Source: Marsupella aquatica (Eukaryota > Plantae > Marchantiophyta). Taken from it: DNA of 64,000 nt. The stretch spans positions 2,855,223 to 2,919,222 of the forward strand of contig OZ316892.1 in assembly GCA_973895155.1 (NCBI GenBank), written 5' to 3'. Below are positions 40,261-52,879 of this stretch, piece by piece. The notes below the pieces were generated by a model that was given only the letters and a program-made list of their open reading frames with translations, searched no databases and was not told the DNA's origin. Numbering within the stretch: the stretch's first letter is position 1; each line of letters starts with the position of its first letter. Made by a program: the position numbers and the translations under genes.

Positions 40261-41190
40261 CCATCTAGCTTGTAAACAATCCAATTAGGAACTTCTCCAA
40301 TTTGCTGTAACTTGTTAAACCACACCTGCCCCTATAAAGGGCTACGGTAACCTGTAGCTCTCATTCTAAAGAGTACAAGTTTAGAAATGGGTTTTGAGTT
40401 CCATAAAAGATGCTGACTGTAAAACGTTTTTTGGTAAGTATTCCACAAAAGATGCTAGGTTTCCACCTTTTATGGTGAGTATATTTTTTGGCAAGTACTC
40501 CACAAAGATGCTAGGTTTCCACCTTTTTATGGTGAGTAATGAGACATGGAATGAGACTTTTATAGTGGCAGGTGTGATTTAAGATAGAACAAAAAACAGA
40601 AAAATGTCATTAAATCTAATTTGAGTAAACACTACGAAATTTAGTAAGATACACATCTGGAATTTCCCAAACCCAATTTTCTAAACGAGTGAACATCTCA
40701 CTCTGCCTTGAATCGTACATGAAGATCGCATCTTTTAGAGCAGACCACATGCATGAAACTAAGAACTACCTGCGCATTCAGTATTCTCAGAGAGGTCATC
40801 GAGGGAAGTCGAAGAGAACGCAAGGACAAAGTGGGTTATGCGACACATCAATACTTGTCATCCTCGGAAGAATTGTCAGCTTTCAGAGATACAGGTTCGG
40901 CAAGTTCTTTCGACGCTAATTGAAAGAGAGATCCAGCTCTTCCAAAATTCTCCAACATGCCAAGTTCCACAGGGACCACCTGCATTGCACAACAAACAGG
41001 ATTATTCCGTGCTACTCAAAATTGTGGCATCTTCAGAAGATTTTAATTGTTAGACAGCTAAAGTTCTCATGGAGCATTACCGCCGTGGGTGACACTTTCT
41101 GTAAACTCTTGCTCTCGATGATGTATCCGTTGTCGAAGGTAAATGATCCGCAATGCGTTTTGGATAAGTTGCCGCATTTGATGCCATTGA
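40261..41190 (-). pseudogene. Partial genomic duplicate of the LRR kinase (part of exon 3, intron 2, exon 2, part of intron 1)
   Basis: Colinear with ~29444-30170 including intron sequence, with small deletions and frameshifts, so DNA-mediated rather than a retrocopy. Confidence 0.92.
40319..40578. mobile_element. 260-bp MITE with TTAA target-site duplication
   Basis: TIRs a(c/t)cacacctgcc(c/a)ctataaa; TTAA at 40315-40318 and 40579-40582. The parental kinase locus (~29500, cttgttaaactacaacaaac) is the empty site with one TTAA. Confidence 0.88.
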
Positions 41191-41322
41191 AATCTCTTCA
41201 ACCTCTACAGTAAAGTTCCCCTCTCTCCCGTTGTAGCATCGAGCTGCGCCCTGTTGTGCCGGTCGAGGAACGACAGACTGTGTGCGACTTGAAGTGAGTG
41301 GTTCGGAGACTCCCTCTGAACA

Positions 41323-41684
41323 ATGGACTACGGACGTCTGAATCGGAAAGAATTGTAAGCGCTGTGCAAGGAGCACGGTGTACTCGCGAACAAGACAAAT
41401 GTATTCATGGCGGAGGCCCTCGGTGATTGCTTAACGGAACTAAGGGAAGTGAGGAGGCCATGGAGCCCTTCCAAGGAAGGTCGCCAAATCGAGAGCAGAT
41501 TCAAATCGGGCTACAAGGTCGAAGAAGGCCGCTGAGCCTGGGTTGGAATGTGTTGGAAGCAAGTGAAGTGGATGATCTCTCATCCGAATTTGCGAAGAGC
41601 ACCCTTGATGTAGTTCGTCTGAACGACAAGATTAGGAGTGCCATCCTAGAAGCTGCTGCCGTAGATGTCAATGAGGCAATTTAA
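41323..41684 (+). pseudogene. 5' fragment of a plant gene with an N-terminal SAP/HeH-like motif
   Basis: MDYGRLNRKEL*ALCKEHGVLANKTNVFMAEAL resembles the plant motif MDF..L.RRELQALCK..KIPAN.TNVAMADAL; the Q codon is a TAA. Confidence 0.7.
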
Positions 41685-41733
41685 GATGGTGATGGATCCG
41701 CCAGAGCTTAACGAGATTTAGAGACCACGTCTA

Positions 41734-41975
41734 ACCTGCATTCCGCAACTAACCTGGAATGCAATGAAACAACATTTGTTGAAAGAAAGATCAATGAGAC
41801 ACATCAATTGTCATCCTCGGAAGAATTGTCAGCTTTCAGAGATACAAGCTCGGCAAGTTCTTTCGACGCTTGTTGAAAAGAGAGATCCAGCTCTGCCAAA
41901 ATTCTCCAACATGCCAAGTTCAACAGGGACCACCTGCATTCCTCAACTAACCTGGAATGCAATGAAACAACATTT
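41734..41975. repeat. 44-bp direct repeats bracketing a ~155-bp copy of the neighbouring kinase pseudogene exon
   Basis: acctgcattcc(g/t)caactaacctggaatgcaatgaaacaacattt at 41734-41777 and 41932-41975. The filler matches ~40840-40987. Confidence 0.88.
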
Positions 41976-42474
41976 TCGTAGTCGTCGTCGTCTTTTGAAG
42001 CTTCCCATTTTCCACTTTACACTGGCGCTCTGCTCTGGTCTGCTCTGTCGCGAAGGGCTCAGAGATAGGAGCAAGAGAATAGGTACAAGACAGTATGACT
42101 GTTGTCCAAGTACAGTACAGTACAGTATTGTAGTTTTGGAAACAGTAGCCCGACGTACCACAGTAACTGCGAAGAACAACCCGTCAATACGGGCCTCGAC
42201 TGCAGTTGGTGAGCCTTTGCCATCAGAGACGCAGCTGGTACAGTAGGTGGGCTGGACCGCTCCTCTGTCCCTTCTCTTGCCCTTACATGTTGGACACTAT
42301 TACCAGATTTTTTTAATTTTTTGCAATTAATGCGGCACTGTCCCCAAACCAAAACCTGGTGGATCCACGATAGTAAAATAAACCAAAAATGTACTCAAAA
42401 CAGTTAGAAAGTGTTATGCTTTGTCCTTCTCAAACGTGCTTGACAATGGTGATTTAAAGGGCCATTTCTAATGG

Positions 42475-42720
42475 TGGAAAGTGAAGCCCCATGGACCTCC
42501 ATGTTGGAGACAGTGCACCCATGTGAGTGTTGGGCTTATAATTTGATGATTATGAGTCTTATGATAATTTTTAGTCTGGAAAGCAAGTAGAGAAAGATGA
42601 GACATAAAACAAGCCCTACTATTTCATATTAACACCTTGAAAATTAAATTTAATAGAATTTAGCCCTTTGCATTCCATGATGAATAATTCAACCCAAATG
42701 GCCAAAATTTCACTGTCACT
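42475..42720. repeat. Dispersed repeat, inverted copy of ~20-280
   Basis: Reverse-complement blocks listed for the feature at 20-280. Confidence 0.8.
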
Positions 42721-44629
42721 TTAATATAAGTTCACCTACTTCTCTAGCACATACTCAAGACTAAAAAATATTTGAATTTATGAGCATCAAGCCATTAAAA
42801 TAAAACTCAAATTTGGGGAGATGTGGTCCATGGGAGTTTCAAAAGACCAACATTGTGGTCCATCGGAGCATCAGCTTCCCAACGGTGACACCATATAATG
42901 ACCAACATTTGTTTTAATTTCTTTAAGAACAAAAGAATTGATGATGAGAAATAAGTTTTCCAAAGGATTCGGAGCTTGTACTGTACTATAATTCCAAGCT
43001 GGCGTGACTATCCGCAACTTACAGCACTGCTGATCATGCAGGAGTCCTTTCTATCACTTGCAATTGTGTTTATCTAACAGGGCGTCCTAAAGCTTTGTTG
43101 CTACTATGATGGATTTTGGTTAAAATTATGGCCCTAACATATTTCATTGCATTGCATAAAATCTTGTTTTTAGATTTTCTCACTAGCATCTACAGTGACT
43201 TACATTCATGGCATATGTTGTTGTTCACGGCGAAAGGGTATGAATCATGAATTTGGCAATCAATAACTTTCCTTGTTCCTAACATTAATCAAGTAGTTAA
43301 TGCACATCAAGTGTTGGGGTTTGAGACCCCTTTATACAACAACTTTGATCACCTTGAGGGGATACAGGTCAGGACCAGATATGACCTCAGAGTTCAAGAC
43401 AAGGGCAACATACAGCAGGGTCTATTATAATCAGTTAAGTGAGACTGAGAGAATGATTGCAAATGGTTCCAGTCTTACTTATAAATCTTCAACTACAAGC
43501 TAGAGTTGGGGCCTAGGCTACTAGAGTGAAGCCTTTAGACCATAACTCCATGGCTCATCATGTGGATGAAAAAACTGATGTTTATGATGTATGTCATGTC
43601 AAATGATAATCATGACTGCTTTTTGTTATGATTTCTATTTATATTAAGAATTGATCTCTATGGCCCCACCATATTATATGTGCATAAGTGGGATGTGGGA
43701 TAGAAAAACTGAAAGTGGGATGTGCATAGAAAAGAGTATTATGATATGTTATGTATGATTATTAAAATGATGATATGCATGATAATTTTTTTATCATTTC
43801 ATTAACCTTCAAAACATGTGAATAAGGAATATATTTTGGTAATATTTTTATTGTCCTCCCCGCTATTCACGTTCAAAGAACGGGTATTCGGGGCTAGTTG
43901 CCTTTATTATAAACACTGGGTGACATTGAAAAACATGTGCTCCTGTATTATTATTTGTAAGTTTAAGTAAAGCATTCTATTCAGGTTGAAAAAGAAAGAC
44001 ACCATGGTATAGGGCCTGGTGCTAGTAGGTCCGATGTTTAATCCCCATTTACATGGTGTCGTCGTGCATAACACCATTTAAACCGACCTGGGCAGTTTTA
44101 GCACAACCCATGCTGCATGTAAAACACAGCTGACTTGGAGAAAAACATGCACCACAACCACATGGGAGAGTGTTGGGATTTAAATGAAAAAACAGAGGGT
44201 CCAATTATAAAACTACAACTTTTAATTACTTTGCCACTAAGGAGCTCTTTGCTACCTCAAGTGCAAAGTCCAAATGCACCACAACAACAGAAACAAAAAT
44301 GGTGTTTTCTCGAAAGGTTTTTAAACGGCATGAGGCTTGAGATACAAACCTACAAAGGAAAAAGGAATTTATGTTTTCATGTACATGACAAGACCATTAT
44401 TCCATCATCCTACTTGCAAGACAGATCTAGTGTCCTGTTTCTACAACACTCTCACCATTCATTGGAAAGGCATGGTCGGGGATGACCTGTTCACTGGAAA
44501 TGCGTGGTCGGGGATGACCTGTTCCCTGTAAATGCGTGGTCAGGGATGACCTTAATGTGACTCACTCGGGAAACCAGTTTTTCAATCCCTTTCAAGCCCT
44601 GTAAAATTACAACCATGGAACCTGGCTAA

Positions 44630-45022
44630 GAGCATCCCCAAAGCTGCACTATTTGCAACTCAATGTTGCCTCAATGGTGAGGTGTCCCCATTCTTCTGCG
44701 CCCTTGCACATTCTTCGTTGTTGTGAGTACATTCTGCCAGTTTCTGCCACGTGCCCAACTCCAGGTTGCTTGGGATTGGACTATCGCTGGCGTCCACATA
44801 GTGACTAGGGTGGGCAAGCAACACTACTGCACACCCAACCTAGCCCGTTCTGGAGCACAGGAGACAATTTCTGTTGGGCCGGGCTCCAGGGTTTTAATTT
44901 TACAAGATTTGGTAGGGATCAAAAACCTGGTTTCCCGCTCCGGTCACACTAGTGTTGTCCCAGGCCAAGCCTTCCCAGTGTTGTCCTGGGCCAAGCCTTC
45001 CCAGTGACCGCTGGGAATGCTC
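44630..45022. mobile_element. PIF/Harbinger-like non-autonomous element, 393 bp
   Basis: TIRs gagcat(c/t)ccca in context ggctaa|...|ttagcc, similar to plant GAGCATCTCCA-type Harbinger MITEs. The TSD is ambiguous (TA, or TAA versus TTA). Confidence 0.6.
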
Positions 45023-45963
45023 TTAGCCCAAAATGCTCTTAGCCCAAGCACAGGATGGACCCTTGAGATTGTGGGACACATGTTAGGAATGCCCAAAAGC
45101 AGAACAATACTCTAAAATACTGTGTACAGAAATCTTAATTGTCGAGTCTTCCTAGCAAATCACTTCGCACTCCTGGATCAGTGTCACACAACGGTAGTAA
45201 CAGCAGCAGGGCGTCAGGAAACGAATCTCTGTATACTAGCAGACATGATTCGAGTCATACAAAATCTAGTCACCTATAAGTCAATACACAATGAAAGTCA
45301 CCATGATCATAGACAAACGAGCGCCCTGATAATTTTATAGGCAATGAGAAAATTATCGTGTCACGCAACTCCCATCCACAAAACATCTCCTCCCTCTACC
45401 TGATGGCATTGTGGGTACTGCATCTTGAAGACTAATCTGGTATAAAGTGCCCACAATTTCTCCAGCGGGAAAATCAAAGTCATTGGGAGAGATAAGGTGA
45501 CTGAGAACATTTACATATACTGATGCTGCCCAATCTGTCCTCAACATTACCGCTCTTGCCAACTGGTCAGCAACGCCCAAGTGACACATGGAGGATCCGA
45601 ATTGGGTAGGAACTCAAAGTAAATATTCACCTTTAAGAGCTCGGCTCTTCTTCCCACTGAATGCTCAGTGACAACAGAGTGACAAGACTAAAAGTGCAAT
45701 AATATTCTTCCCACGCGGACTTCAGAAGATTGAGCCATTCAAGCTCTCCTAGTTACAGAGCTGTGCTCTAATAGCTTTAAAGTATCATACGTGGATCTCC
45801 ACAATACCAAGGTCTTGGAGGCTTTTTTCTCGTTTGACGAATCAGCCACATAAGAACATCTGTACACTACAAGACATATATCTACACACTGTATTGATAC
45901 GAAGAGCGCTACTGTAGAGGCAAAATCTGTGAGCTCAGTGTCAACAAGTGTTGCTTTACAGCT

Positions 45964-46562
45964 TCATATGACATGAAGAAAAGATCGTCTCAAGCTAGAT
46001 GATACTATACCGAGTAAAAGCCAAGTTATCCGACTGTACAAACCCATCCAAAAGGAAAACCAAGCCATGGGAAGGAAAAAGAGACCCTTCTTGAGAAGAT
46101 ACTCCAGGTTGTCCAACCCTTCCTGTTGAACAATTGACAACAATATCCTCAAAAGACTAGTCTTGCCAAATGGATCTGGTCCCATAGGTATGTCATTTCG
46201 TTCGCCAAAGGCACCTTCAGCATCAACATTGACTTTATCAAATTCCCGAGATGCCAAGGCTTCATGGGACATTGAAGGTTCTGAGCTGCATCTCGTTACC
46301 ACCCCAGCTGCTGCGAGCCAGGCCGACCACCTCCTTTCGAAATCCTCACCAGGTTCAAGACCTTGCTCAACAATTTCCTTCTTGATTCAGTCCCATAATT
46401 CCCAAGGTCCAGCCTCGATGATCAACTTGAGTAGGGCTCGCTTCTCACTACGAAGTTGTTCAACTTCTGCTTCTTTTTGAGCTAACTGGCGTTTCGCTTG
46501 CTTCGCTGCCTGCCTGCTTTGAGCCAATGCTTTCCCCATTTCGTCCAAATCCCTGGCAAAAC
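45964..46562 (-). pseudogene. Unknown coiled-coil protein relic, divergent from the MULE transposase
   Basis: ORFs 46387-46701 and 45964-46302 share a frame across one stop; heptad-like stretch ALAQSRQAAKQAKRQLAQKEAEVEQLRSEKRALLKL. Confidence 0.5.
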
Positions 46563-47546
46563 AATCCAACAACATTAGGACAGAGGAAGCTTGACCACTA
46601 TTTTTGAAGGTTATTTGAAAGCTAGCAATGTGTACTTCCCATGTGCTATATTGGAGAAGCCAACATTTCTCAGAAATTTCCATATTATTAAACATTGACA
46701 ATGTACTTGAAATGACCGACTTTAAGTCGCCAATACTATGACTTCAGAAACTGACCAATCCCCACTCAAACTGTTATGGAAACCTTCGATCCAGATCGTT
46801 ACCACCAGCCACGGCACACATTCGCATGAGAAATAGAACGGTCACTTCCCAAATCATAATTAGCACTTCCCAAATCATAAATAGCACCATTGCTGGGAAT
46901 CCAGCCGACACACTGAAGCTCTCTTTGAAGGATCGATGATGCCGTGGTGACTCAGATTCACGGTGATTACCAGTATCGATGCACATTAATGCATCGATCT
47001 GGAGGGCTTACAGTAAGGCATCGCGTTTACGTACAGGATTGCAGTCATCGGTGACCGTCTGCCAAGGGATTCGGGCAGCGTGACCCTTGTGCTGCGTGGG
47101 TTTGGGGAGGGAGTCCCCTTTGGCACCACCGGGCTGTCCCTATTCTATTTCCCTGCCACCGGACCCGGGCCCACTATCGCCTTACCGGCCAAGCTGCCAA
47201 GCCGGCCATTGTCGGGCCGCTACCTTGGACCCCGTCCCCCGTCCGCATTTGTATACACATACAATGCTACTTTACTTATGGAGACATGACATTGCTATGT
47301 ATATACGGATTCAAATGTGAATACCTTTTTGACCGGGATGGAATGATGGAATGGGCAGAGATAAACGCGTGTGTTCTACACAATTCTATGAAGGGAATGT
47401 TCGTCCTGTTCATTCCATTCCCTGGCACACCGTGTGAATGACGAATGGAATGGAATGGAATGTTGTCATTTAGGAGTTCGTCATTCATGTGTGCCACAAT
47501 TTGCGTGCTGTGAGGCAGTCCTAATCTTTGGTGTAATCTTGGTGTC

Positions 47547-50500
47547 ATGTCTACAAAATGTGTGTTTGAACTTGCACACTTGGAATCCGCCTGCAATGCT
47601 GCGAGTTCTCCCCACACTCAACCTGTGCCCATGTCCAACGCTTTTTTGCAACAGAGCTTTCCCACATTCAAGAATGGATCAATGTTTTCGCGAGTGGACG
47701 CTCTGGATGAAGCAGTAACTGAACCACGTGAATTGTTGGCGACTCTAGCGACAGATGATGTAGCACATGCATTGGATGGCATTCAGCGCCATGTGCTTGA
47801 CCTGACTTTCGATGATGATCGAGTGGTTGAGAATGAGGACAGGCCACTCCAAACTCCATCGATACGTAGAAGCCATAGTGACTATTCTAGATGCGACAAA
47901 GTTCAGATACCTCCTCTTGGAAAATTTGAATACACGGCTTTGGAGTGGTTTGGATCAAAAAAGGATTATGCTTGGATTCCAGAGGGTAGGCTGCAGGATT
48001 TCATATGGGGAGAGAATATGCGCGAGAATTTCCATACTGATTGCACCACTCGACACATGGTGCAAAATCAAATCCACAAGACTGGTCCGTTGGTAAAGAC
48101 CACAACCTTATACTGCTGTTGCTTCGGCCCAGAAGATTACAGAGGGTGGAAATCCAACAGAGTGCCTAAGAATCTGAAATCTAAAGATGCAGGTGTCTTT
48201 TTGAAGAGAAAAACCATAACAGGTGACTGTCAGTTTTGCATTTCACTGTACCTCTTTTGCGTGAATTTTTGTAGTTCAATGCCTCGATTCATGCTTGGCT
48301 TCTTTAGCATGTTCTCCAATCTGAATTGTATGTGCACCACCATGCCTTCCCTGTAGGAATGTGTGTACGTTGCGGTTGCAGATGTTTTTTTATTCCACAA
48401 AATATGAGGACCGGCCAGGGGCTATACTCATAAAGTGGATCCGCAAAGATCATTTGGACAGGCAAAATCAACTTTGTCACGGCCTCCATGATTCGAGTGC
48501 CTTTGAAGCTAATGCACACATTGCCCCCAGGATTTCCCTAAAGCTACGCACCAAAATTGAGCGATCTCTAAGGGCAGGGTTGACAGCTCGAGCAATTGTT
48601 GATGCCCACTTTGAAGAGATTTTGACAAGATGGCTAAAGACCACCCAGATGAGGATGCAAATGTAATCATGTCTAGGGACACGCAGCTTACTCCGCAAGA
48701 TGTGCAGACTATGAGGGATTCAATGCGAAGGCGACAACCAGACTATTGTTGTGACAAAGCGCAAGCTACCAAATTGTGGGTGCTTCAAAATGCAGACCAA
48801 GTCCTCTTATATCAACCGCAAATAACATGTTCAAACCAGCCTTTCATTCTATGTTGGTCATCTCCTTGGCAGCAAAAGAAGCTATCGCTTCTTGGTCATG
48901 ATGGACCTATAGCATTTGATGCAACTTTTGGTACCAACCACTTTGGAGTAAGCTATGCATTCACCATATCTTATTTGCAATTCCTTGCCATTTAGAATTT
49001 TTGTTCACTATTGTAGACATTTTTTACTCGCTTTTGTATTGTATATACCACGACTTTTGGTCATTGTTGCCGACATTTTTTACTCACTTTTGTATTGTAT
49101 ATACCACGACACTTATAAGTTTTGTTTTGTTTTTCATTGGCAGTTCCCTTTCTACACAGTTATTGTGTATGACAAATTTCAAAATGCCATTCCCGTAGCA
49201 TTTGCTCTTTTGCAAATGTACAAAGCCCTACAAGTTAGCCAAGTCCTCACAGCTGTGAAAGATAGCGTGAATGCCAAGAGGACAGAATTGAATTTGCAAG
49301 TTCCGTGGACACACCTACCTGTTGGATTATTGATGTAGCGGACGAGGAACAAGCAGCAATCAGGTATACTGTCGGTAAATCAGATCACTTTTCATCACTG
49401 CTGCAGTCTTTCTTATGAAATGCGGGCCATCAAATATATTCTCATGCAAATGTGTTATCTTTGCAGACAGGTTTTCCCCAAAGTTCCTATAACATTTTGC
49501 ACTTGGCACGTTCGAAGAGCCTGGACCAAAAACATAATCTCCAAGGTTTCTGCCCCTTTGCCAAAGGCCAGATCAATGCAGATCTGGGCGCTCTCATGTA
49601 TTGTCATGCAAGCCCGGATGGAAGTGGTGAGAACTCTGTCATTGCTTCTAATCTATTGGTTGTGTGCTTGTATTATGTTGGACCTGTGCTTGTAATGTGT
49701 TGGTTGTACAACAGTAGTTCGGCAATGTGGATTTATTTGGAATTCCAAATGCTAATATTGTGTACATTACTTGACAGACATGACTGAAGAGTCCCAAGCT
49801 TTTATAGATCGATGACAACTTACCCAACCGGTATTTGTAGCATATTACAAATGGGAGTGGCATAACAAGGTTGCCAATTGGCACTAGTAGAAACCGGGGG
49901 GTATTTAGACCCCATTAAACGACTATTCAGTACCGTATAGGACTTGGAAACGACTGGGAAGGACTCTAGTCCTTTATAGGACTGCGAGTCGTATGTTTTG
50001 TTACTATAATCAACTGAGTCCTTTATAGAACTGGTTTATAAGTCGTTTAATAGACTGGATTTTCAGTCTATTTTAGTCTTTGTGTGGGTAGCTTTGGTGA
50101 GTCGTTTTCAGTCTTTTATGGGCTGCGATGATGAGTCGTTGGGAACGACTAAAAAGGTTATGGAGGGTAGTCTTTAAATATACTTTGTGGGGTATGTATA
50201 AGTCTTTCATGTCAATTGGATATGAGTGATGAAGACCCCACTATACTACTTGGAATGAACCCACTCTTGTGCACAAATAACATATTGCATTCATGTTTTA
50301 TTGTGTACTTGGAATGAACTCACTCTATAAGTTCACCATTCATCATGTTAACATTAGAATACATAGTTTCAGAAAGCCATCTTCTATACCATGTACACTA
50401 ATATGAATTCACAGATTCAAACTTCATAGACTACAAAGAAGGTCACAAAGTATTCCTCTATACCATACACACTAATACTGAAATGATAAAATAGATTCAA

Positions 50501-52567
50501 GTATCATAGACAATCACCATAGAGCCATAGTTTGACATCAATCACTTGTTTCATACATACAGAATTCAGAAATATCAATGTCACACACAGCGTCTCCTTC
50601 ATCCTCTTTACCAAATGGAAAAATTGGTACAGATATTTCTTGGATCTTTCCAAGGCAATGTCAAAATGTGACACAATTCACATGATTCTATCTACACTTG
50701 CATTCAGTCACTGCAGACTAACACACTCTGATGGCCAGAGCACAAGAGATCCTACTGCATCTGCAATTATTTCCTGAGGTGGATCATCGTCTCTATTCGG
50801 AAATGGCAAATTACAATCAGATACAATCACTGTAGTCAACAACACTACTACATGGTCATCCGGGACCACTTTGCCATGGAATTTTGCATGATCCGGTCGC
50901 AAAATGCCTGTACCCACACATACCTGCGAGTCATCCTCCCATGATAGAAGATTATGGACTGGCTCTGCTGTGGCTATCACCTCCACCTTACCCTGGCTGT
51001 TTTTCTTGGCTTTCCTGGGTGGGTACAGTTCAGAGGGTACAATCATGCAAACCATAATACAAATGGGGGCATCGAACGCTGGCACCACACCCTCAAGATG
51101 GAGTTGAAGGCGGGTAGGTACAGCATTATGGGACGGTCCATTCCTTGGCTACTTGGTCGCTTGAGAGTTATCAAGAATCACTATTGGTGTATTGTTGCTG
51201 ACAAGTTCCATGGGCAAATTAGAAACAAAACAATAGAAGGCCTTGTGCATAAGTCCCTCACAAGAGCCAAGACAATCCCAGATGATTACGTGCAAACATT
51301 TCAGTGTGGGCTGGCCAAGTGTGCATCTGTTAGAAGCACTTCCTCAAACAATCCCAGCACCAAGGAACATCTTGTCACCGACTGGGACAAAGACAGTTGT
51401 CAATGCACATGTGGGTATTCACTTCAAGGGAATGCATGCAAACATCAGGTATTTCCATTTACTTTCTACTTCTTCCAAACTGCTTCCGTCTGGTCCTGAA
51501 TGACTTGCTCCTACAAATTTTTGACGCCTCTAGCTTAACCTTCACTTTCCATGATTGACATGCAGATAAAAGTTCTGCTGGTTACAAAGAAAATGACGGA
51601 GTTGGAGGTCTTGCATCAACTCGGAACAAAGATGGGATCATTTTCGGGGGGCCTCGACCACCATTTCAAACGGATGCATGGGGAATGCTCAAAGTTGGCT
51701 TCTGAGGTTGGGAATATTAGTATCACATATCAGGATGAGGATTGTGGGAACAACCAACAGATCACGCAAGCCAGGTACCACTGCCTTCTCCACCCGTGGA
51801 GGAATTTCAAGCAATTGTTACCACATGTTACAATCAAATTGCGTATCACCCGACTCTTGCCAAACAAGGTCTGATTGAGCTCAAGAATTGGATGGAGTCT
51901 CTCTTCACCAGAGAGGCACAACAAAATGTTGCAAGGCTGGAGGTACAATCAGCACAAGAACCAATCACTCCTGTTGAAGGGAGTGACAGGACGACAGTTG
52001 CCAAACGCGGCTGGGTAGATAAATTGATGGGTGCAAAAGGCAGACGCAAGCGCAAGGGGAAAGTTCCGGTAGAGTCCAACAAAGAAAATGTCAATCCGTA
52101 TCCTCCGGGTGACCCACGGAATTTGGTGAGCGGGCCAAACGCACCTGAGAAGCTGCGCGTAAAAAAAAGGAAAAGGCGTTATCATTCCAAGGCAAATTTG
52201 ACAAGGAATCTGTAGACGCCCTTGCCGACATGTGCCTTGCCATCACAGACCAGGCTGCTACCAGGGCAAAGGGAGAATGTATGAAGCCCTTGGCGTCAAA
52301 GGCAACACGGAGGACCAAAATTGGGTAGCCCCTCCGTTTCCGCTTACGAACGTAATTAACCAGGCATCCAAATCCGCTGTACTGAAATTGCCTCTGAGCC
52401 AGGCCAGTATGGATGTCATTGGAAATATCCAAATTGGCTCCAGCCAAACATGGGCTATGTCGCCCAACTTTCCAGATGTTTTACGTGCCTTCTCCACAGG
52501 ATGCGCAAGTGACACCAATGCAACACCGACTATAGATAGAAGAGCATATAGTCTCCATTGTGGATGA
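47547..52567 (+). mobile_element. Decayed Mutator-like (MULE) transposase with N-terminal Zn-binding region, DDE core and SWIM finger; interrupted at 49882-51019
   Basis: YCCCFGPED, CGC..F, H.....CHG, APRIS, FDATFGTN, VYDKFQNAIPVAF, CTWHVRRAW, YYKWEWHNKVANW|VQFR...TNGGIERWHHTLK, CQCTCGYSLQGNACKHQ (SWIM). Several frameshifts and GT-AG introns. TIRs not located. Confidence 0.88.
49882..51019 (-). mobile_element. One-ended CACTA fragment (3' terminus plus C-terminal domain of a TnpA-like gene)
   Basis: Starts CACTAGTAGAAA with gact/agtc subterminal repeats. Encodes CVGTGIL...FHGKVVPDDHVVVLLTTV...LPFPNRDDDPPQEIIADAVGSLVLWP, paralogous to 55978-56200. Flanked by TGG at 49879-49881 and 51020-51022. 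Confidence 0.88.
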
Positions 52568-52879
52568 ATAGTTCATACTTCACATGTCTCAGTTCGCCAA
52601 GGTCTCCTGTACTGAAACATTATTCCAAACATTTGTAGTACATTGAATATATTAACAAAGTGGTCCAAATGTTTGCCCCAGTACTATGATGCCAGTATTT
52701 GGACTTCAATGGAGAACAATCCCAGATTGGTGCTTCTTATATTGTTTATGTCCACAAGGTGTAACAAATAAATGGCAACAACACAACAACGACACACATG
52801 CATGTACTTTAAGAATGTTATTAAAGAGGTTGGAACAAATGAATAGAGTGTCCAGTAGTACTTGTACTCAGATGACAAT

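Noticed and set aside
44470-44550. Short tandem repeats (33 bp x~2.5; also ~11570-11690, 15635-15685, 15905-15960, 49010-49110)
   Set aside because: Ordinary local duplications without spacers or further structure.
50708-51088. Apparent overlapping bidirectional ORFs at 50954-51088
   Set aside because: Chimeric read-through across the CACTA/MULE junction at 51019-51022.
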